Shown here piece by piece: positions 18,270 through 28,139 of a stretch of DNA of 64,000 bases. How positions within the stretch are numbered: position 1 is the stretch's first letter; the number at the start of each line of letters is the position of its first letter. The stretch covers positions 2,619-66,618 of the forward strand of contig MFER01000013.1 in NCBI GenBank assembly GCA_001777655.1. Direction: 5' to 3'. Position numbers and translations under genes: made by a program. The notes under the pieces are model-generated. The model made no database searches. It worked only from the letters and a program-made list of their open reading frames with translations, and was not told the origin of the DNA. The stretch is from Candidatus Doudnabacteria bacterium RIFCSPHIGHO2_02_FULL_43_13b. Lineage in GTDB: Bacteria > Patescibacteriota > Doudnabacteria > UBA920 > O2-02-FULL-48-8.

Positions 18270-19340
18270 ATGACAGAGGCCGCGCCAGACCCGGAGGCCA
18301 CTGGGCCCCCGGTGCCAGAACCCGCCAACCCAGGCAAGTGCCCGGGCTGCGGACAGCCGACTCAACCGACCGACGAGTTCTGCGGCCATTGTGGTATCGA
18401 GTTGATCGCCTCTTCTGTGCCGGCGGAAACCCCGCCGAACACAGATGATCCGCCGCTCGATCCCCCACGCGCCGAAGAACTCAAGTTACTCACCCTGCCC
18501 AAAACGCCGATCAACGTCTCGACGGCCGGTGCGACTCATGTCGGACTGGTCAAAGAGAACAACGAGGATACTATTTTTGTCACCGAGGTATCTTACCCGG
18601 TGCATAAAATCGCAGTCCACGTCATGATCGTCGCCGACGGCATGGGCGGAGAACCAGCTGGTGAAGTGTTCGGACAGATCGCGGCCTTGGAGACATGGCT
18701 GGGAATTCGCTGGCTGCTGCCCTTCGAGGAACAGCAACACGGATTTTCGCGCCTCGACTTCTGGCGCTTTCTGGACGGACAATTCACCAACCACCTACCA
18801 GCCCAAATTGCTGCGGCTAACTCGCGCATCCTTCGATACGCGAAAGCCAAGCAGTTGAAAGCCGGCCAGTGCGGCGCCACCATTGCGGTGGCTGTGGCAA
18901 TCTGCGACCTGGAAACAGGCCGCGTGAAAATCCACGGCTACAACGAAGGCGACGCCCGAGTGGGATTGGTCATTGACGGGAAGTTTCAGCTCCTGTCAAC
19001 AGATCAAACCATCTCGGGGTATCCGTTCCGGTTCTTGGGACGACACGAACACATCGGCGGAAACAAATTCAGCTGGGATGTTTGGATGAGTGAACAGCAA
19101 TTCCAATCCTTCTGGGTACTCGCGTACTCGGACGGGCTCTGGAACATGCTCTCGCCCGAACAGATCACCCAAGCCGCCGACTCAACCGCTGACCCCAAAT
19201 CGCTTTGCGACGTTCTGGTGGCCACCGCACTGACGGTGCGGGAACCACACGGACGAACGCTCGGCGACGAGAAGGTTACCACCGGAGATGACAACATCTC
19301 CATCACCACGTTCTACTGTCAAAAGGAGACCGACCGATGA
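18270..19340 (+). CDS. zinc-ribbon + PP2C-family Ser/Thr phosphatase
   Basis: CPGCG/CGHCG; THVG..KENNED, ADGMGG, GDAR, SDGL, DDNIS. Confidence 0.88.
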   Translation: MTEAAPDPEATGPPVPEPANPGKCPGCGQPTQPTDEFCGHCGIELIASSVPAETPPNTDDPPLDPPRAEELKLLTLPKTPINVSTAGATHVGLVKENNEDTIFVTEVSYPVHKIAVHVMIVADGMGGEPAGEVFGQIAALETWLGIRWLLPFEEQQHGFSRLDFWRFLDGQFTNHLPAQIAAANSRILRYAKAKQLKAGQCGATIAVAVAICDLETGRVKIHGYNEGDARVGLVIDGKFQLLSTDQTISGYPFRFLGRHEHIGGNKFSWDVWMSEQQFQSFWVLAYSDGLWNMLSPEQITQAADSTADPKSLCDVLVATALTVREPHGRTLGDEKVTTGDDNISITTFYCQKETDR

Positions 19341-20617
19341 ACGTTCCACTGTCAGTCACTGTGCAGTCCCTGGTCGCGGCCATGCTGGCCAAGTCCGGGC
19401 TCCGTTCCCAGTTCCACCTCATGATCGAGGTGGGGCTTGGCAAGCTCGAACAGGCCATCAGCGCGGCCTGCGACTACGTGCTGCTCCTCGACGTTTCCGG
19501 CTCCATGAGCGGGATCGTCGGCGAGGTAAGCAAGCTCGATGCGCTCAAGGCGGCATGCGAAAACGTGATCAACCGATTCAACCCGGATGACCGCGTGAGC
19601 ATCATCGCCTTCGATGAACAACCCACCACGATGATGGCGCTCGCCAACTGCGACCACCGCGGCAAGACCGAGGCGATCAACACCGTCTACGGACTTGGTC
19701 TCGGCGGTGCCACCTGCTTCGCTTCGGCTCTGCTGGCGGCCAAGCAGCTGCTGCACGATTCCAGTCACAAGCGCGCCGTCTTGTTCTTCACCGACGGCGA
19801 AAACACCGGCGGCGGGGATCCCCTCCCTGTCGTGACCCAGATGCGCGAAGCCGGCATCACTCTCTACGCCGGCGGCCTGGGCGTCAACAACCAAGGCGAG
19901 CAGGTGCTCGACCAACTGGCGGGAGCCAACTTCCGCTCGCTTACCACCGCGGCCGATGTCGACGCGTTCCTCAAGGACGCGGCGGCGCAGGCAGCCGGAG
20001 CCATCGTCACCAACGCGCAACTTCGGCTGACCCCTGTGACGTTCGCCCAGGTCAACAACTTCGACCTGGTCGCACGGAACGGAACGCCGAACTACGCGCT
20101 CGCAGACAGCACGATGCGCCTCCTGCCCATCGGCGATCTGGCCGAAGGCGACCGCTACCAGGCCTACCTCGGCCTGAACATCGTTCTGCCCGAAGACATC
20201 CGGGCCGGACGGCGAGCGTTCGGCAAGGTTGAGGTCATCGGCGACGTCGTGGCCATGGGCATCAAAGGCCAGGTGCTGGCCCAAACCCCCATCGCAGTCA
20301 TGTTCGGCGACCAGGCGGTCGCCACGGTCAACTCGACCGTCAAGGACATGATCAACACAGCGGCGACTGCCCGCGAGCTCTACTTGGCGGGACAGGCGAC
20401 CAACACGGCGGACGCGGCGGCTCACGTGGCCAACGCGCGCAAGACCGCGGCGTTCTCCCAGGACGCTGTGGCCTCGGCACTGCGGGCACAGATGAGCACG
20501 ATCGAAGCCCAGATTGCCAAGGATCCCGACGCGGCGCAGAAGGCGGCGCGGCGGGCGACCCGCGGCTTCTCGGCTGAAGATGCGGCGGCGGCACTCCGGA
20601 ACCTGCGTCAGAGCTAG
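19337..20617 (+). CDS. vWA domain protein
   Basis: MIDAS DVSGS, GAT, FFTDG; ATGA overlap with PP2C gene. Confidence 0.88.
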   Translation: MNVPLSVTVQSLVAAMLAKSGLRSQFHLMIEVGLGKLEQAISAACDYVLLLDVSGSMSGIVGEVSKLDALKAACENVINRFNPDDRVSIIAFDEQPTTMMALANCDHRGKTEAINTVYGLGLGGATCFASALLAAKQLLHDSSHKRAVLFFTDGENTGGGDPLPVVTQMREAGITLYAGGLGVNNQGEQVLDQLAGANFRSLTTAADVDAFLKDAAAQAAGAIVTNAQLRLTPVTFAQVNNFDLVARNGTPNYALADSTMRLLPIGDLAEGDRYQAYLGLNIVLPEDIRAGRRAFGKVEVIGDVVAMGIKGQVLAQTPIAVMFGDQAVATVNSTVKDMINTAATARELYLAGQATNTADAAAHVANARKTAAFSQDAVASALRAQMSTIEAQIAKDPDAAQKAARRATRGFSAEDAAAALRNLRQS

Positions 20618-20674
20618 TCTCTGGCGCAGGAGCAAGTTCACACGCGACTTCAACCCCTTTCAAGGAGATTCATC

Positions 20675-21100
20675 ATGGTCTGCCCAAACTGCTCTACCCC
20701 GGTTCCGACTGGCGAACAGTTCTGCCCCGGATGCGGCACGGAACTGACCAGCGCTGACCCCACCAACACGCCGACCCCGACTACCGATGCCAGCGCCAGC
20801 TCCCAGCCGGCACTCGCCACGCTCACGTACGGCGCGACCAACATCCCACTGCGCGAGGGCAGCAAGGTGATCATCGCGCGGGAAGGCACAGACAAGTGCA
20901 CGCCCGACCTGGCCATCAACTCCGATGGCGTCTCCTCGACTCCGGTCGAGGTCAGTGTCGAGAACGGTGTGATCACCGTTCGCGATACCGGCACGAGCGT
21001 CGGGATCCGGGTGGTCAAGTACATCAAGCCCGGCGGCTCGATGACGGTCGAGCCCGGCGACATGGTGATGCTCGGCAACGAGATCATCGCCGTCGGGTAA
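20675..21100 (+). CDS. zinc-ribbon + degenerate FHA-like protein
   Basis: CPNC/CPGC; IIAR..PDL...GVS...VRD.GT..G pattern. Confidence 0.7.
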   Translation: MVCPNCSTPVPTGEQFCPGCGTELTSADPTNTPTPTTDASASSQPALATLTYGATNIPLREGSKVIIAREGTDKCTPDLAINSDGVSSTPVEVSVENGVITVRDTGTSVGIRVVKYIKPGGSMTVEPGDMVMLGNEIIAVG

Positions 21101-21285
21101 GTAGTCTCTAGCTATTCGAGTTCCGAGAGAAGGCGCGAAGGAAACCCAAATTTCCTTCCCCTTCTCTCATTCTTTCTTTATTGAGAATGCTATGGAATTA
21201 AAAATTTGATTTCATGGCGGTCTCTGTAAAGACCACAGTTCTTTTCGTCAACAATCAAGCACATTCCGCCAGGAGGCGGATCATC

Positions 21286-23031
21286 ATGGACAAATACTGT
21301 CCGTCATGCAAGCTTGTCCTCCCACCAACCGCGAAGCGGTGTACTGCTTGCGGTAAGATCGCAACGCTCTCCCCCAACACCGTCGTCAACTCCGGCGCTG
21401 ATCGATACACCATTGACTCGGTGCTCGGCATCGGCGGCATGGGCATCGTCTACCGAGCGACTGACAGCTTCAGCTTGACTGCCGTGGTCAAGCAGCTGCA
21501 CGTTGACAACCCGGCCGATCTGCCGGATGCCCAGCGCCGCTTCAAGCGCGAAGCCCAAGTCCAGGCCGGACTCAATTCCCCCTTCTATCCGGCCGGCTAT
21601 GGCTACTTTGTGGACCAAAACCTCGAGTTCATGGCCATGGAGTTCGTGGCTGGCCGAGATCTCGAAAAAACCCTGACGACTTTGGGCGGCAAGATGAGCG
21701 AAGATGAGGTGTTGCGGCTAGGAATCCAGATTTGTGACGGACTATCAGTCCTGCACAACCACATTGACCCCGCCACCAACACACCGGAACCGCACGTTCA
21801 CCGTGACATCAAACCGGCCAACGTAATTCTCCGGCCGTCGGGCCAGATCTGCATTCTGGATCTGGGCATCGCGCGGACCCTGAATCAATCGGCCGGCACA
21901 CAGGTGCGCGCCACGCGCGCTGGCACGTTCGAATACGCCAGTCCGCAGCAGGTTTCGGGAACGGACATGTCAATCCGCGACGATATTTATTCGCTCGCGG
22001 CGACCCTGTTCCATCTCGTCACCGGAGCGCCGTTTACTGGGGACTTCACCCAGCGTGCGGCGGAAATCGACGCTCTGCCTCCCACCTGGCGTGCCGCCTT
22101 CCGACGGGCAATCCACAACGACACCAACTTACGGCAGCGCAGTGTCGATGAGTTCAAGACCGATCTCATCGCCCTGCTTCCGCCGCAGTTGCGACCCGCC
22201 CTACCTGCCCCCGCGGGAGCCCCCGCTCCGATCCCAGCCACTGGCTTTCTTTCCATCCGCTGGCGAGTGACCCTCCCCTACATGACCAACCCTAACGAAT
22301 GGGTGCAGTCGGTAGCGGGCCAGGTCATCCAAGGCACCGTCGGCATGCCGGGCGTAAACATCGTCCCGATCATGACCGATACCGGAGCCGGGGCGATGGC
22401 TCACAACACGCGCGGCGCTTCGGTCAACACCGGGCCTCACGGCGACTTCGGACTGAATCTGCCTGACGTGACCATTCCAGTCACGGTGGACAGGCGGCAG
22501 ATCATCGTCATCGTCGAGGACCCCAACTCTGGACAGGAGCTCTATCGGGAAACCGTGGAGCTCAATCGGCCCGGGGTGGCGCGTCGGATACAAGCCCGTG
22601 GTGGGGCGGGTGTCCGAGCGGCTGCTCATGCCGCAGCCGCGCCGTTTCAGGCAGTCGGGCATGCTATGGCAGCAGGCGCTCGTGGCCTCGGCCGCGGGAT
22701 CGCTTGGCCGTTTCAGAAGCTGTGGCAAGTCGGAACTGCGTTGACGGGAATCAAAACCGTCCTCGCAATCGCCGGCCTGTTCATGGCTGCCACGCTCGTC
22801 CTGGCCCGGCTCCAGCAGTCGATGCCGTTTGTGCTCTACATCTGGCCGCATACGTGGATTGCGGCGTTGGCTTCGGCCTTCGTTGCATTCCGGATGCGCA
22901 GACGTGGCGGCATCTTCACGGCGAAAGTCAAACAGCGATCGCTCGGCCAAGCGCTGCGAAGCCCTGTCCTTATTGCCACCGTCACGATGTGGGCGGCGGC
23001 AACGATCGGCTGGGTCTTCGGTCCGCACTAA
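21286..23031 (+). CDS. Hanks-type Ser/Thr protein kinase with N-terminal zinc ribbon and C-terminal TM helices
   Basis: GIGGMG, VVK, HRDIKPAN, DLG, GT.EYASP, DIYSL; AGGAGG upstream of 21286. Confidence 0.9.
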   Translation: MDKYCPSCKLVLPPTAKRCTACGKIATLSPNTVVNSGADRYTIDSVLGIGGMGIVYRATDSFSLTAVVKQLHVDNPADLPDAQRRFKREAQVQAGLNSPFYPAGYGYFVDQNLEFMAMEFVAGRDLEKTLTTLGGKMSEDEVLRLGIQICDGLSVLHNHIDPATNTPEPHVHRDIKPANVILRPSGQICILDLGIARTLNQSAGTQVRATRAGTFEYASPQQVSGTDMSIRDDIYSLAATLFHLVTGAPFTGDFTQRAAEIDALPPTWRAAFRRAIHNDTNLRQRSVDEFKTDLIALLPPQLRPALPAPAGAPAPIPATGFLSIRWRVTLPYMTNPNEWVQSVAGQVIQGTVGMPGVNIVPIMTDTGAGAMAHNTRGASVNTGPHGDFGLNLPDVTIPVTVDRRQIIVIVEDPNSGQELYRETVELNRPGVARRIQARGGAGVRAAAHAAAAPFQAVGHAMAAGARGLGRGIAWPFQKLWQVGTALTGIKTVLAIAGLFMAATLVLARLQQSMPFVLYIWPHTWIAALASAFVAFRMRRRGGIFTAKVKQRSLGQALRSPVLIATVTMWAAATIGWVFGPH

Positions 23032-23264
23032 AACACCAAGGAGGTGTTCGATAGGTTTCGGAGGGAAGTGTTCAGGTTTCAACCCTGACACTCCCCTCCA
23101 CCCTTTCTTTATAAATCTTTTAGCTCAAATTTTTAGTTCCAAAACTTGGAGCCAGAAACTTGGGCTCAAAAATCCCAAGACGGTTCTTTTGAATCAAATA
23201 GTTTAGTTCTAGTTGTTCGTTTCGTCAACCAGCTTCAGAGCCGCCTAGGTGCGGGAGGTGAGTC

Positions 23265-24122
23265 ATGGCAGAGAAAGGCAGAATCGTGAAGCTGAATCCG
23301 AAAGGGTTTGGCTTTGTCTCCCGCGCTGGCGGCCGAGACGTGTTCGTTCCATCCTTCGAGCTCCAACGAAGTAGGGCTGGGATGAATGATGAAGTGGAGT
23401 TCGAGGTTGGTCCTGACCCGAGAAATCCGGGAAAGGAAATGGCTTCGAGCCTGACGGTGGTTGCGAAAGCGGCCCCGTCAGCGCCACCAACGCCACTCGC
23501 ACTTGGGGTGGCGTGGAAATTCGGTACGGTCGTCAAGGGCTTCTTGCCCGTGATGATCGTGGTGATGCGCGGAAACGTCGCTGCGCTGGATCTGATAGTG
23601 AAGTTGATGGCTAATGGGAAGCGAGTTTCGAATCCCAAGGCCACGCTTTCACCGGACAGCGCCGGCACGGTGACGTTCGTGGTCGAGCTGGTGAAGGTGG
23701 GTCTGCCAATGGATGCCAACCAGTGCGTGCTGATGGCCCAAATCAACGGGCAGATCTACAGCACGCTTTGGGAAGCCGCCAAGGCACCCGCGCCAACGCC
23801 AGCCAAGCCGCCCGAGCCACCGAAAGTGGAGCGGCTCAACATCAGCACGGACCGGATTTACACCTACCGCGTAACTTTCGCCCCTGGGGTTGAAGTCAAT
23901 GTGGAAGGAGTGATTCCGATCCAGTTCCGCCAGCACGGCAAGATCAGCTGGTCCAACCAGCCGGTCCCTGCCGAGCCTGACGGCACGCTGATGGTCGAAG
24001 TGCAAGTCACCCAAGACGGCGCGCGTGGAGACGTGTTCTTCCTCGCTGCCGGTCTTCGTTCGAAACCCGAATACGTCACCCACGTCAATCCGCCGGTGCG
24101 ACCCGCACCGGCCAAGAAGTAG
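23265..24122 (+). CDS. cold-shock (OB) domain protein with beta-rich C-terminal region
   Basis: KGFGFV, DVFV (RNP1/RNP2); GGAGG SD. Confidence 0.78.
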   Translation: MAEKGRIVKLNPKGFGFVSRAGGRDVFVPSFELQRSRAGMNDEVEFEVGPDPRNPGKEMASSLTVVAKAAPSAPPTPLALGVAWKFGTVVKGFLPVMIVVMRGNVAALDLIVKLMANGKRVSNPKATLSPDSAGTVTFVVELVKVGLPMDANQCVLMAQINGQIYSTLWEAAKAPAPTPAKPPEPPKVERLNISTDRIYTYRVTFAPGVEVNVEGVIPIQFRQHGKISWSNQPVPAEPDGTLMVEVQVTQDGARGDVFFLAAGLRSKPEYVTHVNPPVRPAPAKK

Positions 24123-24133
24123 GAGAACGAACA

Positions 24134-24772
24134 ATGGCAGACACACCGAAGGGCGGCAGTCATACCATCAAAGATTTTCTTTTTGATGGTTTCCGTGAGC
24201 TGTTCGTCACCCACGGCCTCCCCATGATGGTCAAACTGGCTAACCGAGCCAGTGAGACAAGACTTGCGGAGAGAGAGGGGCGGAAACGCAACAAGCACTA
24301 CTTCGCGGCCGCCATGGTCAAGCTTCGGCTGCGCGATGGTCGCGCCGCCGACGTGATCGGCGACTTTGTCGATCACTGGCTCAACACTGACGCTGACCGC
24401 GAGGATTTTCAACACAACGCGGCCTGTGTCGGCACGGACAAGGACGAGAAGATGGGCGACACGGTGGAATTCCTCTGGCAGCTGGCACATCTGCCTGATC
24501 ACGCCGCTCGTGAAGTCCATCTGACTGCTCTTGGCTTCATCGGCGCACGCAGCGTCGACATGGCTGAGAAGGCAGTGGAGTTGCTCAAGCGGGTTCGTGA
24601 CGAGGTCAAGGACCTGCCGGCTGATGCCAAGAAGAAATTGAACGAAGGCACCAAGGCACTGCGGGAACTCAACAACAAGCAGTGGATGCAGAATGCCGAG
24701 AAGTCCTCGGCAGCATTCAGACAGACAGCAGCCACCCGGCTGACGGGCTACAGAGCTCGCCGGCGTTCGTAG
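24134..24772 (+). CDS. hypothetical helical protein
   Basis: AGGAG SD, operon spacing. Confidence 0.7.
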   Translation: MADTPKGGSHTIKDFLFDGFRELFVTHGLPMMVKLANRASETRLAEREGRKRNKHYFAAAMVKLRLRDGRAADVIGDFVDHWLNTDADREDFQHNAACVGTDKDEKMGDTVEFLWQLAHLPDHAAREVHLTALGFIGARSVDMAEKAVELLKRVRDEVKDLPADAKKKLNEGTKALRELNNKQWMQNAEKSSAAFRQTAATRLTGYRARRRS

Positions 24773-24783
24773 GAGAGACTCAC

Positions 24784-25635
24784 ATGATCACGATCCTTGG
24801 AATTCTCATCTACGGGCTGATTGTCTGGTGCTTGTTCAGTCCGCGCGTTCGCAACCAGGTCCGCGACGTCCTCGTCGGGGCCTGGGACTACCTGCAACTG
24901 GGTGGCCTCAGCGCCTACGACGCTGCGGTCGCTTTCCTCTACGGGCTCATCGTGCTCGTGGTGGTGGACATCGTGGTCCTAATCATCGCAGTGGCGATCG
25001 GCATCCCCGGGATCTTGGTTGCCTTCTTCGTCACCAACGCGCTGCTGTGGTTCGTGCCGATGTATGTGCTGTGGCTTCTGCATCTGCCAGTGGCAGCGGC
25101 AGGGGCCCAGATCAGGTGGTTGGGAACAAAATTGGGGTCCGTCCCACTCTTGTTTTTCCCATTTTTCCCAGTCCGACTGATCGGCCGGTGTGTTCACGCA
25201 GTTGGCACGATCGTCGTGCTCTCGGCAGCGCTGGCGCGCTGGATGACCGGGTTGCTGGTGCAAGTCACTCTCATCTCCTTGCTTCTGTCAGGGCTGGCCC
25301 TGCTGGACTTGGAGATGGGATGGCACATCGTCAATCCGTTCACCATGACGATGGCGGGACTGCTGTGGATGACGATCACATCACTGCAGATCTTCCGCCA
25401 AACCCACCCGGGTTCTGTCGGAATCAAAATCCTGGGGCGGGCGGCAATCGGTGTACTACTCGCGGTCGGAGTAGTCCACTACTGGCCGCTTTGGAAAAGT
25501 GTCGGGCTCAGCGTTCTGAGCTTCGATTTCGGCGATGAGGAAATGATGTTTCGAGGCCTCATCGTCGTGGCGCTGCTGGCGGCTCTCGTCGTTGGCCTGC
25601 GCACTCGCAGCTCATCATCAACAACCGCTCGCTGA
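24784..25635 (+). CDS. multi-pass membrane protein
   Basis: Many TM segments; AGGAG before ATG 24784. Confidence 0.75.
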   Translation: MITILGILIYGLIVWCLFSPRVRNQVRDVLVGAWDYLQLGGLSAYDAAVAFLYGLIVLVVVDIVVLIIAVAIGIPGILVAFFVTNALLWFVPMYVLWLLHLPVAAAGAQIRWLGTKLGSVPLLFFPFFPVRLIGRCVHAVGTIVVLSAALARWMTGLLVQVTLISLLLSGLALLDLEMGWHIVNPFTMTMAGLLWMTITSLQIFRQTHPGSVGIKILGRAAIGVLLAVGVVHYWPLWKSVGLSVLSFDFGDEEMMFRGLIVVALLAALVVGLRTRSSSSTTAR

Positions 25636-25647
25636 GGAGACACGGAC

Positions 25648-26436
25648 ATGAAAAAAGTGCTAATCAGCGTCGCGACGTTCGTGTTCATCCTCGCAGCGGG
25701 ATCTGGGGTTGGCTTGCTGTGGACCAGTTTCTTCCCGCCGGAAGAGCGGGGGGTCAGGGTTGCCACGACTGATGCCAACGGAATGGTCAAAGCGCACGCA
25801 GGTGACGCCAAGACCATTCTCAAGCAAACCGGCTTCCGCGGCGGCAACGGCCGGGTCAGCGTGACGATGTTTAAGGACACCAGAACACCGGTGTCTATGG
25901 ATATCGCCAATGCCAGGCAAGCTCGCGACGAGCAAATCGCCATTGCTCGCGGCGGGTTCCTGCCAGCGCCGGATCGGTTCCTCGAAGGCTACACCCACGA
26001 CTGGGTGAGCAGCGGGATTCCGGTCTACACCTGCACGCACGTTACGGCAGCGGGTAGGATCACTCGAGATCCCATCACCGCTGCCGGGCCAGACGGCATC
26101 AATCTGGATGCCATGAATGCAGAAACGCGCAGCGCGTTTGTGCAAGAACATGGCGACAGGGCCAAGGTGCTCCCTGGGGTTCCCTGGGGAACGTTCATCG
26201 GCAAAGTCTGCGCAGACGCTGGCGGGAACAGCTGTCAAACGCCGTTCCCAATCGGCCAAAGCGCGTACCTGTCGGCTGAGCGGGTCGGTGCAGGGACGTT
26301 GTGGATCTGGACCAACGGTTTCGTAGCCCAATCAAGTACGGGGCTGTTGAATCGTTCGGACTTCAACGTCTATCAGGGCGGCTTCCGGTTCGAGCACGAG
26401 GCCGCGCCTGAATACAAGTGTAAGGGGGGGTTCTAG
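25648..26436 (+). CDS. exported/membrane-anchored hypothetical protein
   Basis: Signal-like N-terminus, Cys pairs, GAGGAG SD. Confidence 0.7.
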   Translation: MKKVLISVATFVFILAAGSGVGLLWTSFFPPEERGVRVATTDANGMVKAHAGDAKTILKQTGFRGGNGRVSVTMFKDTRTPVSMDIANARQARDEQIAIARGGFLPAPDRFLEGYTHDWVSSGIPVYTCTHVTAAGRITRDPITAAGPDGINLDAMNAETRSAFVQEHGDRAKVLPGVPWGTFIGKVCADAGGNSCQTPFPIGQSAYLSAERVGAGTLWIWTNGFVAQSSTGLLNRSDFNVYQGGFRFEHEAAPEYKCKGGF

Positions 26437-26689
26437 TCCGTCGGCAGGTTCGCTTGCCAGCGGAGCAACACCGGGGTGTTGGGAAGACCACAAATCTTCT
26501 CACACCCCGCTTTTTTATTTTGCGAAGCAAAATACCCCGACCTTTAGCGTCGGGGTCATAAATATCAATGCCTTGACTTTTTGTAGCTTTTTTGATATTA
26601 TACTTCGTCGCATTCATCATTTCTTTTTTCGCGACATTTATACGATACGTTCAATTCGCACACTCTCAAGTCCAAGGAGGGACTTTACC

Positions 26690-27685
26690 ATGAAGCGCGC
26701 TCTACTCGTCGCTCTCGTTTTCGTCGCACTGGGCATGCCAGCAATGGCTGCTCAGACGCCACCCTCACCGATTTTCGAGCAAAAGCTCGAGGCGGTGGCG
26801 GTGAAAACTGTTACTTCGGTTCCCGTGCTTCTCGCGGAGATCGCGAAGAAGCACCAGCTCCAAGTCTCGATCGACGAAAAACTGGACATGGATCGGATGT
26901 ATTTGGGCGAAGTCCCGGCTGGGACGCTGAAAAGCCAGATCGAATTTCTGGCCAAGCAGTGGGACGGCAGCGCAAGTTTGGTCGGAGGCGACTCGGTCGT
27001 CATCCTCTCGACCAAGTCTTTGCCCACCAAGGCCAAGGAGACCCCGACCGCAACCACGCCGCCACCCACCACGCCCCCCCAACCCCTGCCACAGCAAACG
27101 ACAGTTGCCCGGTTGCCCTACCCATCACTGTCGGCCGCAGTAATGTCCGACAGCATGCTACCGATAACCGGGCCCACCTGGATGGACCTTCGGATGCAAG
27201 AATACAACGCCTGGGCAGAAGCCAACCAGGCATACCGAACATTCCGGTCCGCCCAGCCGTACTACTTCGGGGCTGACCAGGTCTATTCGGACGCGTACTA
27301 CCAAGGCGGGTACGGCGGTGGACTCATGTGGGGCAATCAGTTGCTCCGAATCAAAGGAGCCGCCACCCACGGCTACCTAAAAATAAACGCCATCGGCGAC
27401 ACGAAGTTTATCAAGTACGTCGTGGTGCTGCGACAGGACACGGACGGCGTTTGGATTACGGAGGGCTCCGCTGGAAAGTCCTTCCGAGATTTTCACGAGC
27501 CGATCGAGCTACCCGTCGGACGGTGGCGACTGCGGTTTGAGCTACGGAGGGATGGAGTGACCAAGTACTTGGAAGAGGTGTTTAACATCGAATCCAAGTA
27601 CGATCTATTCCATCCCAAGCAGTACGCCATTTCGGAAGAAATGATGAGAAGCTTTGGTACAACCGAAGCTATCATCAGGCGCTGA
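26690..27685 (+). CDS. secreted protein with possible STN-like domain and Pro/Thr linker
   Basis: Signal peptide MKRALL...AMA; AAGGAGG SD; own TTGACT promoter near 26573. Confidence 0.7.
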   Translation: MKRALLVALVFVALGMPAMAAQTPPSPIFEQKLEAVAVKTVTSVPVLLAEIAKKHQLQVSIDEKLDMDRMYLGEVPAGTLKSQIEFLAKQWDGSASLVGGDSVVILSTKSLPTKAKETPTATTPPPTTPPQPLPQQTTVARLPYPSLSAAVMSDSMLPITGPTWMDLRMQEYNAWAEANQAYRTFRSAQPYYFGADQVYSDAYYQGGYGGGLMWGNQLLRIKGAATHGYLKINAIGDTKFIKYVVVLRQDTDGVWITEGSAGKSFRDFHEPIELPVGRWRLRFELRRDGVTKYLEEVFNIESKYDLFHPKQYAISEEMMRSFGTTEAIIRR

Positions 27686-27706
27686 CGGCGACGCTGAAAA
27701 CGCCAA

Positions 27707-27741
27707 AGGCCGACACCCTCCGGGTGTCGGCCTCTTTTTTT
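27707..27741 (+). terminator. intrinsic terminator
   Basis: AGGCCGACACCC/GGGTGTCGGCCT stem + U run. Confidence 0.8.
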
Positions 27742-27760
27742 ATATTAGCTTGTTTAAAAC

Positions 27761-28123
27761 TTAGATTCCGCGACCTCCCGGTAGCAGCGCATTCCCAATT
27801 ACTATCACAATAACGTAAGATAGAATAATTATTATCAACCCGATGATCGAATTTTGAATAATTTTTTTGGCTGATTCTGCTTGTTCTTCATTCCCGGCAG
27901 ACGTGATGTAGCGAAAACCGCCGTAAATCAGAAAGGCTACTGCCAGAACACCAACGACTCCCAAAAATACTTTTATATAGTAATTGAATACCGTTGTAAA
28001 CGTAGACGATTGGTTTCCTGGAAGAGTAGTTTGATTAATTGGAATAATTTGTTGAGCCAAAACAATCACTGGCACCAAGAGGCTGAATAGGGCAAGTTGA
28101 ATTGTCTGTTTCAGATTCTTCAT
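27761..28123 (-). CDS. TrbC/VirB2-like pilin
   Basis: GGFRYITSAGNEEQ..AKK.I.N.IIG. Confidence 0.85.
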   Translation of the reverse strand: MKNLKQTIQLALFSLLVPVIVLAQQIIPINQTTLPGNQSSTFTTVFNYYIKVFLGVVGVLAVAFLIYGGFRYITSAGNEEQAESAKKIIQNSIIGLIIIILSYVIVIVIGNALLPGGRGI

Positions 28124-28139
28124 TTTAGAGTTTTTAGGA

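Larger units (their letters stand above)
18270..27685 (+). other. GC-rich accessory island near tRNA-Leu
   Basis: Abrupt, visibly higher GC coding sequence on the opposite strand; AGGAG-type SD sites; no integrase seen. Confidence 0.7.

Noticed and set aside
19352-20653. 433-aa minus-strand ORF and other long antisense ORFs in the island (22201-23091, 23864-24520, 25660-26331)
   Set aside because: Shadow frames of GC-rich genes; the plus-strand frames carry the motifs and SD sites.
18270-27685. tRNA-integrated island with att duplication
   Set aside because: No tRNA-Leu repeat or integrase found at the far end near 27.7 kb.
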